Assembly: GCF_006345805.1 (NCBI RefSeq)
Contig: NC_043000.1
Location: 144,708,001-144,772,000 of the forward strand
Length of the DNA stretch: 64,000 bases
From: Octopus sinensis
Lineage: Eukaryota
Direction of reading: 5' to 3'
In this document: positions 1 to 13,609 of the stretch, piece by piece
How the letters are laid out: every line of letters begins with the position of its first letter
Position numbering within the stretch: the first letter of the stretch is position 1
The notes under the pieces: generated by a model
Seen by the model: the letters and a program-made list of their open reading frames with translations, nothing else
The model's database searches: none
Told to the model about the DNA's origin: nothing
Position numbers and translations under genes: made by a program

Positions 1-445
1 ATTCTTTTATTGAACGTTGATATGTTCTTGTCTTCTTCTTGGGATCTCTATTATATAAGGACTTCAACCCACATGGATATACCCTGGATGGCACCTAAAA
101 CCCTACACTCATGAATATACGCAGGATTCACGCAATGCCTCGTTATTGTGTTTTGGGGGTTTCTATAACTTCAGGCTGTTGAACTATGAAATTTTATGTC
201 CCTTTATTTTCTCTCTTTCCATCTCCTTATTCTTTTACTCCGTTCCTCTATGTTATCATCTTATAGATATATACCATTTTCATTTTCCGCATTTTCCCCC
301 AATTTGTCTCTGATGACGGAATACTCCATGCTCAAGTATATTCCCAAAACAGCTGCAACATTTTGAATTTCTTCCTGTAATAGTACTGCATATCACTTGA
401 GATGTTTGCCTTGCCTTAATGTTTGACGTCCTGTTTAAAAATTAT
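1..445 (+). mobile_element. 3' end of a decayed Penelope-like element (ORF tail plus 3' UTR with HHR)
   Basis: About 85-130 reads WMAPKTLHS*IY, resembling the PLE GIY-YIG C-terminal WIxxLKTLxPxGLN motif. A pyrimidine-rich UTR, a hammerhead-like motif and a (TA)n end follow. Confidence 0.45.
305..360 (+). ncRNA. Degenerate type-I hammerhead ribozyme
   Basis: tgtct-CTGATGA(310-316), stem II ggaata/tattcc, then AAAAC-agctg-CA in place of GAAAC-agctg-TA. Palindromic CAGCTG in helix III. Core G12 and U16.1 appear mutated. Confidence 0.6.
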
Positions 446-460
446 AAATATATATATATA

Positions 461-582
461 TCACGTGATCACGTAACCGACCAGGCCATCAGATGTTGCT
501 ACACATCGCTGGTCACAATGCGTTTGCATTGTTTTAGCCTTCGAACGACGCCACCCCGCTGGCTAAGCGAGCAGGCCAATAA

Positions 583-587
<5 letters not shown>
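461..587 (+). mobile_element. Short GC-rich retroelement 3' terminal fragment inserted in (TA)n
   Basis: GC-rich island between TA tracts, with hairpin acaatgc-gttt-gcattgt and an A-rich (aata)n tail. Family not identified. Confidence 0.45.
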
Positions 588-634
<47 letters not shown>

Positions 635-647
635 ATGTTTGTATATA

Positions 648-692
<45 letters not shown>
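588..692. repeat. (TA)n microsatellite
   Basis: Direct reading; one of dozens of TA tracts in the window. Confidence 0.95.
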
Positions 693-694
<2 letters not shown>

Positions 695-1626
695 AATGAT
701 AGCTATATGTGAAAGAGAGGCATATGTATTCTACTCCAGCTCTGTTAATTCTTGAATCGCATCTGGATAATATTTATATCTGATATAGGTGCCAGGCCAT
801 AAATAATTTTACACATACACCCATACACATACACAAACATGCACATATATCTGCGCATGTGTTTGCATGTCCATACACGCATACACACGCCCGCACACCT
901 GATGAACACACACACGCGATCAGAAGAGCATGCACACAAACAAACGCAGTCATGCTCACGTATTTACGTACATACAAGCAAGTGTGCGTGAGACGTTTTC
1001 TTCTTCATTATTTAACTAACTTTCGACGGCTATTGTTATACTATCTTACGTTTAAGTTCCCTCAAATCAATGATGAATATAATACGAGAACAAACATGAA
1101 ACTAACGAAAACCAAAAAATGCAATATTTCCTTCAATTTACAGTAAGGTTTCTATACGAAGATTTTTCGGCTTATATGGGTCGTTGATAAAAAGATATCT
1201 TTTTATTCCATTAGTCTGTGTTTGTAATGTTTTTGTATGGTTTGCTTCTTGATTCTTCCATTTCAATTCAATATATATTGTATTTTCTCCTATATAGCCA
1301 TTAGGTATGGATTTAGATGATACCGTTATTCCTTGATAGCATAATAAATTTTAGAAAAAAACATCAGAAATGTCTATTTTTATATAAAATAAAATATGAA
1401 TGTAAGAAACAGAATTCTTCCAATGCAGACCGTATGTATTCACTGTAATACACGAGTTATCATCATCTTGAATACACGTACACATTTATTTTGATGTATC
1501 ATGATGTAGATTTAGATAAGTATTACACATTGAAGCACTATCACACGTAGATATCTACCTACAAGCATGCGTTATGTATATATATATACATATATATATA
1601 ATATATATATATATATACATATATAT

Positions 1627-1713
<87 letters not shown>

Positions 1714-1871
1714 CATATATATATATATAATTTGTAAGTGAGTATGTACATATGTGTTCATGAATATATTTGTGTTTGTGTGTATTTGTAAATGTGTATG
1801 CGCGCCCGTGTGTATGAATATATTTATATATATGTATGTGTATGTATATATATATATAATATATATATATA

Positions 1872-1935
1872 GTTAATCCAAACATGAAAACACAAAGAAA
1901 AAACACAACAACGCCTGGAAGTGGAACAAATATAG
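1872..1935 (-). mobile_element. Terminal fragment of the HHR-bearing repeat family also at 59110-59292 and 18840-19000
   Basis: taatccaaacatgaaaacacaaa...aacaaatata matches taatccaaacaagaaaacacaaa...aacaaatata at 59111; both abut (TA)n. Confidence 0.65.
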
Positions 1936-2452
1936 TCGCAGGCTAGAACCTTTTATTAAGTGGACTATATATTTCACCCAGCTGGCTGGAACGGCCGTTC
2001 GCATGAGGGTTACACATTTTGACATTTTAGTGGACCAGAGCAACGTCAGATGAAGTATTTTGCAGGAGATCAAATACATCAAGCGTGGCTGAGTTAACAT
2101 CGGTTCAACAACGTTACAACTGAACGTCTTTTCAATGCACGTAATCTGTAAAATTTCATTTGACCGTTTCTGTTTGTATCCTATGAATCCATCTTTGACA
2201 CATCGGTAAGGTTTGGTATAAAGTCAAACAGTATAATATATAACCCACAAATTAATAGAAAATTAAGAACTTTCAATCTTCCGCGCGTAATGCTTTATTT
2301 TATTAATCTTGAATATTGATCGAACCACATTTGGTCGATTATCGTTCAACAGAAATTGAGAAATGGACAACGATATCTTATTCTTCAAGTCGAAACACAT
2401 TGCATTGTGAGGTAGCTTTTACAAATTATTCTGAAATATATACATACATATA

Positions 2453-2491
<39 letters not shown>

Positions 2492-3149
2492 TATATATAG
2501 CATATATTCCATTCTTCCTTGAACGAGCTTGCACATGAAAATCTTTCTAGTTAAAATTCTGCATACCAGTTGCTAGGAAGCTGACATCAATGGACGCACT
2601 TCCCATCAACAGGTCTATTGTGCACCACTCAATATAAGTAACTAGGTTAGCTAGTAAGCCGGGCCTCATATACACATAAACCTATGTATTTAGAAATATA
2701 AATATGTTTGCGTGTGTGGACATATATATACACCAGCGTATATATATACATATTGATGTGTGCTTGTGTGTGCGTGCGCATGTGCGCGTGTGCTCGTGTT
2801 CGTAGAAAGGAGAGGTTTATTTCGACGCAGGAAAGTATATATAGGAGTTGGTTTGGGACTTACAAATGCACCCGAGTTCTAGAACTAATAGTAGAATTTT
2901 AGACTATTAAGAAATTTATTTGAATATCATACTGGTCTCAACAATGCCTTAACTTTTCTTTTGAATTGTACAAATAACAAAGATGAAAAGAATTTGAAGA
3001 GAAAATTCAGTGATACATGATTTTAAAAGATCATGTTTATTCAAATTCAAATATTCAATAAATTTCAGTCTAACAAAAAATAATACAGTTCAAGTTTTAG
3101 ATGAGATTCATGACAATAACACCTGATTGAGAATATGTAGGTTTCAAAG

Positions 3150-3736
3150 AAATTCTTAATACGATGAAATTAAAGAAAAAGAAAAATACGATGGAAGTTT
3201 TAAAAAAATGAAACAAAAAGATTTTCTACAACTTCTGTCGTAGTACATGAAGGAAATGTTTTTGGCTTTGGTTTTGCTCGTGAGAACCTGAACTGCTTTA
3301 AGCTGAAATTGCTTTGTATATATATGCTTTACGGTATTGGTCAAGAGCTGAATGATGTAATTTGTTTTTGTCCACCTGTGGCTAAATATCTATTTGTCTG
3401 TCTACCTGAAAATGTTTACCAACTTTTTTGATCACTTGTTTTCGTCCGATAGAGGTCCAGTGCTCTGGTTGCTTGATTTTTTGCAAACGTATTTTGAATA
3501 TCAATGTAATGGTCATTTGTTGCCTGTTACTTGTCCAGTATTCTGGTTAGTGTTTTTGATTCGTCTCCCTGAGATTTCCGGCTTGGATTCAATTGTGCAG
3601 ATTTTTCTTGTCAGCTCAAATGGTATATTATTCCCGTGTAACTTGAAAGGAATATAAGAGCAGATTGTGCTTTGATTCTATTTGTTATATATCAGTTTCA
3701 ATATTCCTGTCTATTTTTCAGATTAATATGTCCTCA

Positions 3737-3738
<2 letters not shown>
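3150..3738 (-). mobile_element. Decayed Penelope-like element fragment (RT thumb to GIY-YIG)
   Basis: Minus strand gives DILI*KIDRNIETDI and NIPFELTRKICTIES, matching PLE motifs FLDILI..IxTDIYYK and NIPxxLARRICTI. Many stops and frameshifts. Confidence 0.65.
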
Positions 3739-3775
<37 letters not shown>

Positions 3776-3869
3776 TTTTGGATTTAGAATACTTATAATG
3801 TATTCTTTTGTTTTATGTAGTTGAGGATTTTCGTCAATTATTTTCCGAAAAAGGTAATAATTCGATTTT

Positions 3870-5915
3870 CTCTATACATCCAGTTTTTCACACCAAACCG
3901 AAAAACGATAAACCATGTTCAGCCTCACTGAAATTGAAATAAAACTGACGGAGTATCGACTTAAATTGATACCATTTCCAAAACCTGGCACAACGGATTT
4001 TATATAAGATAGGGATTTTACAGAAAATTTCTTCTACGCGAATTCCTCTAAAAGAAACTCGAGAAAGATTCATCACTTATGGTAAGCATAGCGAAATTTA
4101 AGATTCCACTGAACAGGAATTGGCACTTGGAGGAATACATAATGCGTTCGTCAACAAGCCCTATAATAACAATATTATAAAATGCAGTGGAATATCCACA
4201 GAAAGGTTCCTGTGTAGTCATACAGAAATTATAGAGAAACGCTTTTAAACAGGTAATGACCAGCAAATATCACAAACCAATGCAGATATAAAAAAAGAAA
4301 ACTGACTAAATTAGTAAATTAATGGACAAATTAGGAAATAACTTCACGAAAACTTTAGGCGCTTGCTTACTTACCGAAAGAGCTAACGATTTGGATTATT
4401 TTATTAATTCTGTGGTAAATACAAATACCTCTTATTGATTTCCAAATGTCTATAAAACAAAAGTGAATAACAGCTTAACCGCATACATCATATGCGAAAG
4501 TTTCGAAGTTATGTTCAATTGTTGCTGGGCGAGGATCTAGCACACTAAGATATAGCTATTTACTTCACCTAAGTTTGAATCTAATATGCAAATCATGCCC
4601 AGTTTTTCAGAAATGACTCTGACTTCTTTAACTATCTTCCGTAGAGAGCAGATTAACAGACTGCCATGGCTAGATTTCACGCAACCAATCTTTAAACAAA
4701 GATTGCATAAGGATTAAGATTAGAAGCAATAGAACTCTATATAATCAAATACTTATAGAATAATCAGGAGGGATTCTCGAAAGAGCTTATACGTGAAATT
4801 GTGTTTGGTGCTAGAAATCAACTAGTTCTTCTATGATAACCTGTATTGCCTACAAATACAGAATATGGTTAAGAGAGCAAAACTTGCGACACTAATAATG
4901 TGATTCCTGGAAGAAAACTTGTCTGGAAAAAGTTTTGATAAACATTTTCAATCCTATTCAGTAGAGAACTCTTGGATGACGACTTCAGATTTTGGCAGAA
5001 AGTAAGGCGAGTATTGCAAGATTCCTTAAATTAATAATCAGTATTTATGAATCGATCCATTTCACTTTGGAAATTAAAGAAAGATAACTTCCTTTCTGGA
5101 CATTCTGATAATTGAAGGAAATGAGATAGTCATAACCGAACTCTAGTACAAGGATACAATGACACACCAAAATTTTCGCCACCTTTTCAACACAAAGAGG
5201 GACATATCATTCTATATGGCATGATATATATTGTAAATACTTACACACACAAGTAGACGACAGACAAGACTAGGATCACTTTGAAGCGAAAATACTACCA
5301 AAACATAATAACACATGCCATAAGCAAAGAAAAAGAATTATTAAGCTCTAGCTTACAGAGACACACCTAAACGTATGGTGAAAACAATGATACTAATATT
5401 CTATTTGTTGCTACAGATAATCCTAGGAACCACATCATGTTACATTCCGCAAAACCTAACCTTACAATTCTAGATCAATCATCGAATATCAGACAAATAA
5501 TCAAAGATTCACAAATTATCAACGGTGGGAAAAACAGCCACTGACTCCGAAGAGACTCACGACAAAAGTGAGATTCATATCAAAGAAAACAATAATGTAG
5601 TTAAGAGACTGTGAAGAATCTAGTGTTGGTGCGTGGGAATTATTTAATGAAAGAATAAATGAAATGTTCAAGAATGAGAAGGAAATAAGTGTGAATGCAT
5701 GCATGAATTGCAAAAGAAAGCGGTCTATGTGCTGCATCACATGGCCACATTAAAAGCGGAATTTTATCGAGAAAAAGAAACGAAAACAACCAACAGTGTG
5801 AGTACAAAAACAGGAAATTAAAGGTTCATTACATACACATGTTCCTTTTAGTAAACGTCTAGACCTTTGTGCAATTGGAAAATTCAAAATTCTCCGTTTA
5901 TGTATTTGTTCTGCA
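3870..5915 (+). mobile_element. Near full-length decayed Penelope-like element (RT plus GIY-YIG pseudogene)
   Basis: Ordered degenerate motifs: KGSCVVI; DSDFFNYLP; FHATNL*TKI..LEAIE; FFYDNLYCLQ; LDDDFRFW (catalytic DD); SIHFTLE..LPFLDIL; FVATDNPRN; HVPFSKRLDLCAIGKFKI. The last two parallel the PLE at 39.3 kb. Confidence 0.8.
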
Positions 5916-6107
5916 TGATTCCTGATGTGAAAGCTGTTGAAACAGATTTCTTGGTGTGGTGTTCGACATTGAGAAATAGTGGTATTCCCACTCTCTGTAC
6001 AACGTTCCTTCTGCAGAAAGAAAGGCTATATAGTCTCTAAGTAATCATATTATATAATATGTCTATGATGATTTAACAATATGTAGTTAATATTTCATGG
6101 AGAAAAA

Positions 6108-6302
6108 TGGTGACCTGGCAGAATTATTTCTAAGCCGAATAAACGCTTAGCTGGATTTCGTTCATCTTTACGCTCTGAGTTCAATTTCCACCGAGTTCGA
6201 CTGTGATATTCATCCTTACGGGGCCCAGAAAATAAGTACCAGTGAAATCAACTTACTTGCTCCCCCAAGTTTTCATGTCGAGTCCCTATAGCAGGAAAAA
6301 TA
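6108..6302 (+). mobile_element. Degenerate SINE (family B, as at 38192)
   Basis: ggtgacctggcagaa...ctgagttcaatttccaccgagttcgac...aataagtaccagt aligns by eye with 38192-38424. Confidence 0.7.
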
Positions 6303-7017
6303 TTTCATGGATACGTTAGTATAAAACGAATCGAACTCTTTACCTGTATTACACAGTTTAAATTAATTATGTAATATTCACTTTCGGATAATAAATATAA
6401 CTACACAGGGATAACTGTACACAGGACACTTAACGCAACGCCATCAGAGAGACAAACACGAATATAAATAAATATTGATTATCGACCTAGGATTGAAGAG
6501 AGCTCGTTCTCTGTGACCGATATATCAACAATACCCTTAACGAGACCAAAATCGGCACAAAGGTTATCCATAATGTGCTAAATAACCTTCAGTAACACGA
6601 AATGAAGTATTTTCTTAAATACCGACTCTCATGCTTCAAGAAATCGGGAGTATCAAGCTGCTATTTTCAGGGCAACACCAATGAAGCTAGGCCGCACGCC
6701 TACATCCACTCTTAAGAATAACTCTTGTGACTTGAATAGCGCAAGGGATTCAAGTACACTCGCACGCACACACACACATATGTATATACATATATTTGTC
6801 TGTCTGTTGGACAATCTCACTTTATATATCTCTCTCTATCTCCACCATTCTCTGTCTATTTCTCTGTATATAAATACAATTACATGTGTATGTGTATAGA
6901 ATTGTATATACATACGGATATGTATATGTACATATGTATATATATATATATGTAGATATGTGGATAGAAATATACATGTATATATATATGTATATATATA
7001 TATATTATATATATATA

Positions 7018-7065
<48 letters not shown>

Positions 7066-7206
7066 ATATTAAATTAAAGGAATTTGGCAAGAATAACTTT
7101 CGCCTGTTTATCAAAAACATGACACTTTGAGTTTTTTTAATGAAGAGTTGGGCCTGTTCGGTGATTAATATTTAACAGCTGCGGTATTATAACTGTGTTA
7201 TATATG

Positions 7207-7293
<87 letters not shown>

Positions 7294-7294
7294 C

Positions 7295-7798
7295 CATGTG
7301 ACAATTATTCGGTTGCCATACTAAGACATCGATTTTCGTAAGTCGGGGTGGAAAACAGCTCCGGCATCTCCTCAGTTATCGAGGCAATAAAAAATATTAT
7401 GAAAATAACCGTTAAACAAAGGGAATTCACTATGTAATTGACTGTTATTTTAGACAAGAGAGTATGAGTGGGCATATGCATATAGGCACATGTACGTGGG
7501 TTTCCGTGCTCACATGTGTACGTATGTACATGTGCGCTTACGCGATTGCTATCAGCTTTTTGTTACTTTTTTTACTTCCTTATTTGTTTACTTTCTCCCC
7601 TTCGGTTTTGTCCCCTAAATTAACGGTCATTCTAATAGATATTTTGACTTAGTAACGGTCAATTACAAAGTAATTTGATTTTGTTTAACGGTCATTTTGA
7701 TAACATTTTTTTATTGCCTGGATAAATGACGAGAGCATTTTACCGCCCCGACATCCGAAACTCGGAGTTTTATTATGCCAACCGAATTATATTACAGA
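7295..7798. mobile_element. MITE or non-autonomous DNA transposon with ~150 bp imperfect TIRs
   Basis: Left end attcggttgccata...gtcggggtgg...aggcaataaaaaat...accgttaaacaaa...gtaattgac is the reverse complement of right end gtcaattac...tttgtttaacggt...ttttattgcct...ccgccccgac...tatgccaaccgaat. No ORF inside. Confidence 0.8.
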
Positions 7799-7879
7799 TA
7801 AATTCCTCTATTTACATGATATCGAGGTATCGTTCATTCTTTTGTTGTCTTACCATTACTATTCATATATATATATATA

Positions 7880-7922
<43 letters not shown>

Positions 7923-7960
7923 ATACAGATATATACGTATGTGTATACATATATATATAT

Positions 7961-8001
<41 letters not shown>

Positions 8002-11000
8002 TATACCTATATAGGCTATACAATAGCTGTTCATATATAGTCTTATACACAGGAGTATATGCACAAAAAAACATGCGCATATGATAGTTAACTATTGTGT
8101 TTTATTACAGTAATAGAATGCACAGATTCAATGATTCAATTACACTTCCAAACTGATTGCATTATAGCTAATCTTCTTACAGCATCGCTTTAACAAGACA
8201 CAGAAACTTAATAATGTTTAAGTTCTTATTGCTTTGTTTAAATAGTTTTTGCGAATCTAACTTTTCATAATCGCAGTTCTCTTTGCCATCACTGCTTACT
8301 CAGTTCACGCCTTGATATTTCAATGTAGTCTTTAATTTTTCATCATATTCTCTGGTTTTGAGACATATGTTTATTTATTTATATCTTTACATATTAAGCA
8401 TATTATTTAGCAATATTTCATTATAGTTGATGACATAATTCTTAGTTTTAAGGTAATATGTATAGCCGCTTTCAGTTACCACGGAATTACAACCCGCTGC
8501 AATACATTCGCATTTAATCCTTGCATCACAATAACGAATTTACGTTGAATTGTTAGGCATAACATGCTTTTACAAACATCCCTGGGACAGGGAGAGGGTA
8601 GTTCAAAACAAATAGTTGAAGACAGAAAGAAAAATGGCATTAGCAGAATTAAAAGATAAGCAATACTGCAAAATAGGGCTGCAGTCATCAAACTATGAGA
8701 TGGAAAAGATATCATAGCTCGATAACGAGAGATAACGAAAGCTGCCCTCTCATTAGCAACCCAAAAGCTCGCCTTCACAGTTTTTTTCTGAATCAACACT
8801 AAATATTTCACTTTCATTCACGAGTTCTTCTTAATATACTTATGTATACAGCTGATGCAGCATTATCTTAAGCAATGAAACAATTTTCATTCACCTATTT
8901 TACGTGCTGCTGTCATTATCGCGTCTCGGGTTTGATCCTTCTAACTACATATGCAAAAAGAGATCCGTTTTATCACTATATTTTGTGATTTCTTTCCATT
9001 TTGCTTTCTCTCCTCATTCTTTCATTCACTCTGTATTTTTTCTTCTTGTTTTGTATTCTATTTTCGTTACCCTATCACCTCCCATCTTTTGTCCCTCATT
9101 CTGTCAATCCCATTTCCCTCTACAACATTTCTCGTCACCTGTTTGTTAATCTTCACTCTCCTGCGAGTTACGTATTTTCTATTTCTTATATCAAATTGCT
9201 TTTGGTCCTATATTGTCAACTTGTTTGCAAGTTTTTTTTTTATCGCTTATAATTATATAATCAAGGAAAATATAGGGAATTATATATTTAGCTTTTCCAA
9301 ATGTATAGATTTGGAAAAGCTAAATTTATGATTCCCTATAGCATACTGATTTTTACATTCAATTTTGTCTACTTTATTGAAAAATTTAATTAGTCAAATC
9401 CCTTCCAGAAATTCTCGCGTTAATCCAATTACGTGTTAAAATTTCACAGCTGATTTACCACATACTGTTGTTGTACAGATCTTCTGATATTTAGTATAAT
9501 ACAAAAATGGTAAGGAACATCTCTATATGATTACGCACGTGTTTGCGTGTACGTATGTCTGTGTGCGCACGCGCGTGCGCGCGTGTGTGTGTGTGTATGT
9601 GTGTTTGTGCGTGCGCCTGTGTTTACATTTACACCTTCCTTCAGAGATTGTAATAGTAAGCTGACATCTCTTTGAAATTCTCATTTACCACATAAATTCA
9701 TTTTTCTTCATCACTATACATGGATGGGAGAATTGTCAGGTTTGTTCCAGATCTAAAAAATATGTGTTTAACCTCACTTATATTGTCTATCCATCTACGT
9801 AAATACCGATTGGCCGCAGCGAACACGGGCTCTTTAATATATATCTGATATTCTGCAACATGTCATATGTATTTGTTGGAAATCCTCAAACATGACAATG
9901 TATTTATTGGAAATTCTCAAAATATACAGCAATAATTTTAAGTGATCTGATGAGAAGTCTGTTTGTAACCTTATTCACTAATTTGCTAGTTATTGTGCGG
10001 ATGTTCACGAGTTTTGTACGAGCAAATCAAAGTATAAATTTCTGAAATGATTCCTTTAGCTATTGAAACAACCGTAACATTTAATAAAGTTATGTAATAC
10101 CATTATCTTTCCTAGTTTTAAACTATACATAAATTGTGCGGAAAAACTAAGTACATAAATGTCGATTTACATACCGTAATTCAAGTATTCATATTACATT
10201 CCAAGTGAATTCTATCGGCAAATTATTTCATGATCTCATATTTTTATAAGAGGAATTCTTAACAACATGAAGAAGTTGAAAATAGATTATAAGCTTCTTA
10301 ACTCAAATATCCTTTTATTTATTCCTTTTATCTTTTGAATAAAATGGACAAATTTTGTTCCTACTACTATGCAATAGAATTTAATATTTCCATTTATCCA
10401 TGTATATCGCTGAAGTATTCGATTTTCATAATGGAATCATTTCTGATTATATATTAAAGTAATACTCTATATTATCTAACAAATTTTCGAAGTTCTTCCA
10501 ACTCCATTTCTTTATGCCCTAATTTTCACAAGGTAACTTACATGCAATATGTTATTAAAATTATTTACACAGTCGTTGGAAACATTATATTCAGGACTAT
10601 TCGAATGAACTAGATATGTACTGCTATACTGATTGTTTACTCAGAAGTTATAATAGAAAGTATTAAATAGACACAAAATTCTAGCGCAACACACGATAAT
10701 CATTGGTTTCTGAAGAATATATTTGCTTACGCAGATAATGTACTTATTAATGTTATTGCATGAAGCAGGAGCAATAAGAAGCGTGCACCTTTTCAAGGGA
10801 AGCTGTATTTACTAACACTTACAACCCTTCTTAGCACATGAAAATATCCATGAAATTAGCTGCATTATCAGGAAATATTTATATTATTACCAAAAACATA
10901 TTTTTTACGAATTTCTGAAAAACTCGATTTCCATCATTTATGTATATTTGAATATTATTCTAGCATAAAATATTCATAAATGTAAACGAGACAAATGAAA

Positions 11001-11362
11001 ACAAACGTTATGTAGAACACATTCTAAATTACTTTTATCTCACATTATTTATTATCCAACCTTCAACTGGAGTATACTTATGAAAATACTTCTACTCATA
11101 ATTATGATAGTAAGTACGTTTCTAAAATATCAGATTATATATTTCAAAAATATTTATTGCAATGATTAATACACATTTCTCTGTGGTATGGAGTAAATAA
11201 TCTTGAATTTTACAGTATACAAGCAAGGTAGACATGATGAAGTATGGTGCGTTTATACCAGATAAACAAGGAAAGAATACGTGAAGTTAGTTTTCCTTTA
11301 ACGCACTAAAATATGCGCATGGATTCAGCTCACTTCTTTCTCAGCCGAAAGTGGTGTATATA

Positions 11363-11447
<85 letters not shown>

Positions 11448-11449
11448 TA

Positions 11450-11963
11450 CGAGCAAAACGCCCCCCGTCCAATGGACGGTACTGAGTTGTCAAACATTCA
11501 AGCCAAATTTTCTCAAGACCATCTTATAGGCCTCCCCTTTGAGAAACACTGATTTAACTTAAATTTGAGACACCGGCAAAAGAAGAAATAAAGAAAAATT
11601 ATTTTATTCACACAAATATGCAACCGAAGAGTTTAAAGTACCAGTAATGATAAGGCTGTTAACCGGGAGAACAGACACATGGGTTAAACAGTAAGTTTGG
11701 CAGGAAAGAAACGTGACTTTCAGCAGTACAAAAATAACAAAAAATGGAAGGTGCAGTTATATACAGGTTGACGGAAGAAAAGCAGGACAAAAACGGCCTT
11801 ATCGATCGTATTCTCACCTGGAATCAAGTTTTGTAATTCTTTCAAGACTTATACAGGCCTGATACCGTCGGTATCTACATATCAAATTTGAGCGCAATCG
11901 GATGGAGGATGCCCGAGATCCTAGAAGACACACACACTGACAGACAGAATGGATTTTATATGA
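11450..11963 (-). mobile_element. Non-autonomous Helitron-like element
   Basis: Minus strand starts TC then tctgtctgtc repeats, and ends with hairpin ccgtcc-att-ggacgg about 15 nt before a CTAG-like end (CTCG). No TIR or TSD; inserted in (TA)n. Confidence 0.65.
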
Positions 11964-13140
11964 TATATATATGCTGTAATTTATAATCAACTCACTTATA
12001 TCAACAGATATTTTACAAATTTGAACAATGCTTTTGAAGGAAATGTTAGACTATGCAGTGTATGCTTCCTGAGTGTTTAAAGTTAGAATATTCTTGCTAA
12101 TTTACAAATACGGGATATGTGACATATATAATGTTAAGGTATAAAATCTTAATGAGCTATGAAAATTTGAATTGGATATCCAAATGTAATGATTAATGCC
12201 CTCGCTCTCTTTTGCACGATATATATCAGTATTTACGCCTGTGAACTCTTGTGTATATATACAAGCATATATGTGCGTATGTGTACGTGCGTATGTATGT
12301 GTCTAAATATATTTGCATACCAATCCTTTAAAATAAAGGTGTTTCGGTGCATGAAAATATTTCATCTTTACACTGTATGAGAATGTCAAGTGAATATATT
12401 TAATTTAAACCATATTTCAATTCAACAGCACAAGCAGAATTGCTTGTAGCACAGCTATCGACTATCACTTTTCTTAATTGCATATATCAAATACGATAGT
12501 CCGATTAGAAGAGATGTCATCTGCAAGTTAATATAACCAATAAATAATATTCCATTCGGCGTACTTCTTATATAGTCTATTTCGTTCATTGAAATAATAC
12601 TAAATAGACTTCAAATATTCAGATGCTGAGTAAATATCTCGAAGTAGTATATTATAAAAAGGTGATTTACTGAAACTAAGAATAAAAAGCTATTTAATTA
12701 ACAACACCTACTTAAATACTGAAAACTATGTGTTATTTTTATGTGGTAACTTATGTATGCCTCTGTTGGTCAAGCTATATATACACATGGAACATACAGC
12801 ACAGGTAAAATAGCATAGTCATGTAATCTTAACTAAAAAATATGATTGATATCTCAGAGAAATCCGCTCGACAGTAAGCTTTCCTGAAAAATGACCCCAT
12901 CGGTTTCTCAACGAAAACATAAGTACCTCCCTTAACCTTGCTTTTTTCGGTAGACAAATTCTTTTTATAATATTGGGCTTAGTACAAATCAAAATTTTCC
13001 AAATACGCTACGTATCTGTCAACCATGCAAGCATAGAGTAATTTAGAATGTTTCCCGCTTTACGCTTCCGTGGAGAGAGCAAATGATCATTTTCAGTTAC
13101 GAGCTTAAGAACAAGAAAGGACAACTATATATTTATTGTA

Positions 13141-13308
13141 CTTTTACTTTTACTTGTTTCAGTCATTTGACTGCGGCCATGCTGGAGCACCGCCTTTAGT
13201 CGAGCAAATCGACCCCAGGACTTATACTTATTCTTTGTAAGCCTAGTACTTATTTTATCGGTCTCTGTTGCTGAACCGCTAAGTTACGGGGGACACAAAC
13301 ACAGACAC

Positions 13309-13382
<74 letters not shown>

Positions 13383-13503
13383 TATATATATATATATATA
13401 TACGACGGGTTTCTTTCAGTTTCCGCCTACCAAATACACTCACAAGTCTGAACCCGGAACCATGTAGTTGGTAAGCAAGCTATTTGCCACACAGCCACTT
13501 CTG
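13141..13503 (-). mobile_element. tRNA-derived SINE family A with internal deletion
   Basis: Reverse complement of 59582-59993 (ggcggtgctccagcatggccgcagtcaaatgactgaaacaagtaaaag tail; internal CA/TA microsatellite). Confidence 0.9.
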
Positions 13504-13609
13504 TATATATTATTATATATTATCAAGATAATCATTGATAATCATCAGTGATTTGTTCCCCTGAACAATTCGTTCGGTTTTGAAAACTGTTCATTCACAA
13601 CAGTATTCG

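Noticed and set aside
5921-5955. cctgatgtgaaagctgttgaaacag after the PLE at 3870-5915 as an HHR
   Set aside because: Core reads CTGATGT and no stem II or stem I can be formed.
7087-7165. Minus-strand CCGAACA-ggcc...aggc-GAAA as a second G3:C8-type HHR
   Set aside because: C3 and C8 cannot pair and stems I and III are unconvincing; a decayed copy cannot be excluded.
8476-8817. 113 aa minus-strand ORF in unique sequence
   Set aside because: No recognisable domain or splice support; length is within chance range for a window this size.
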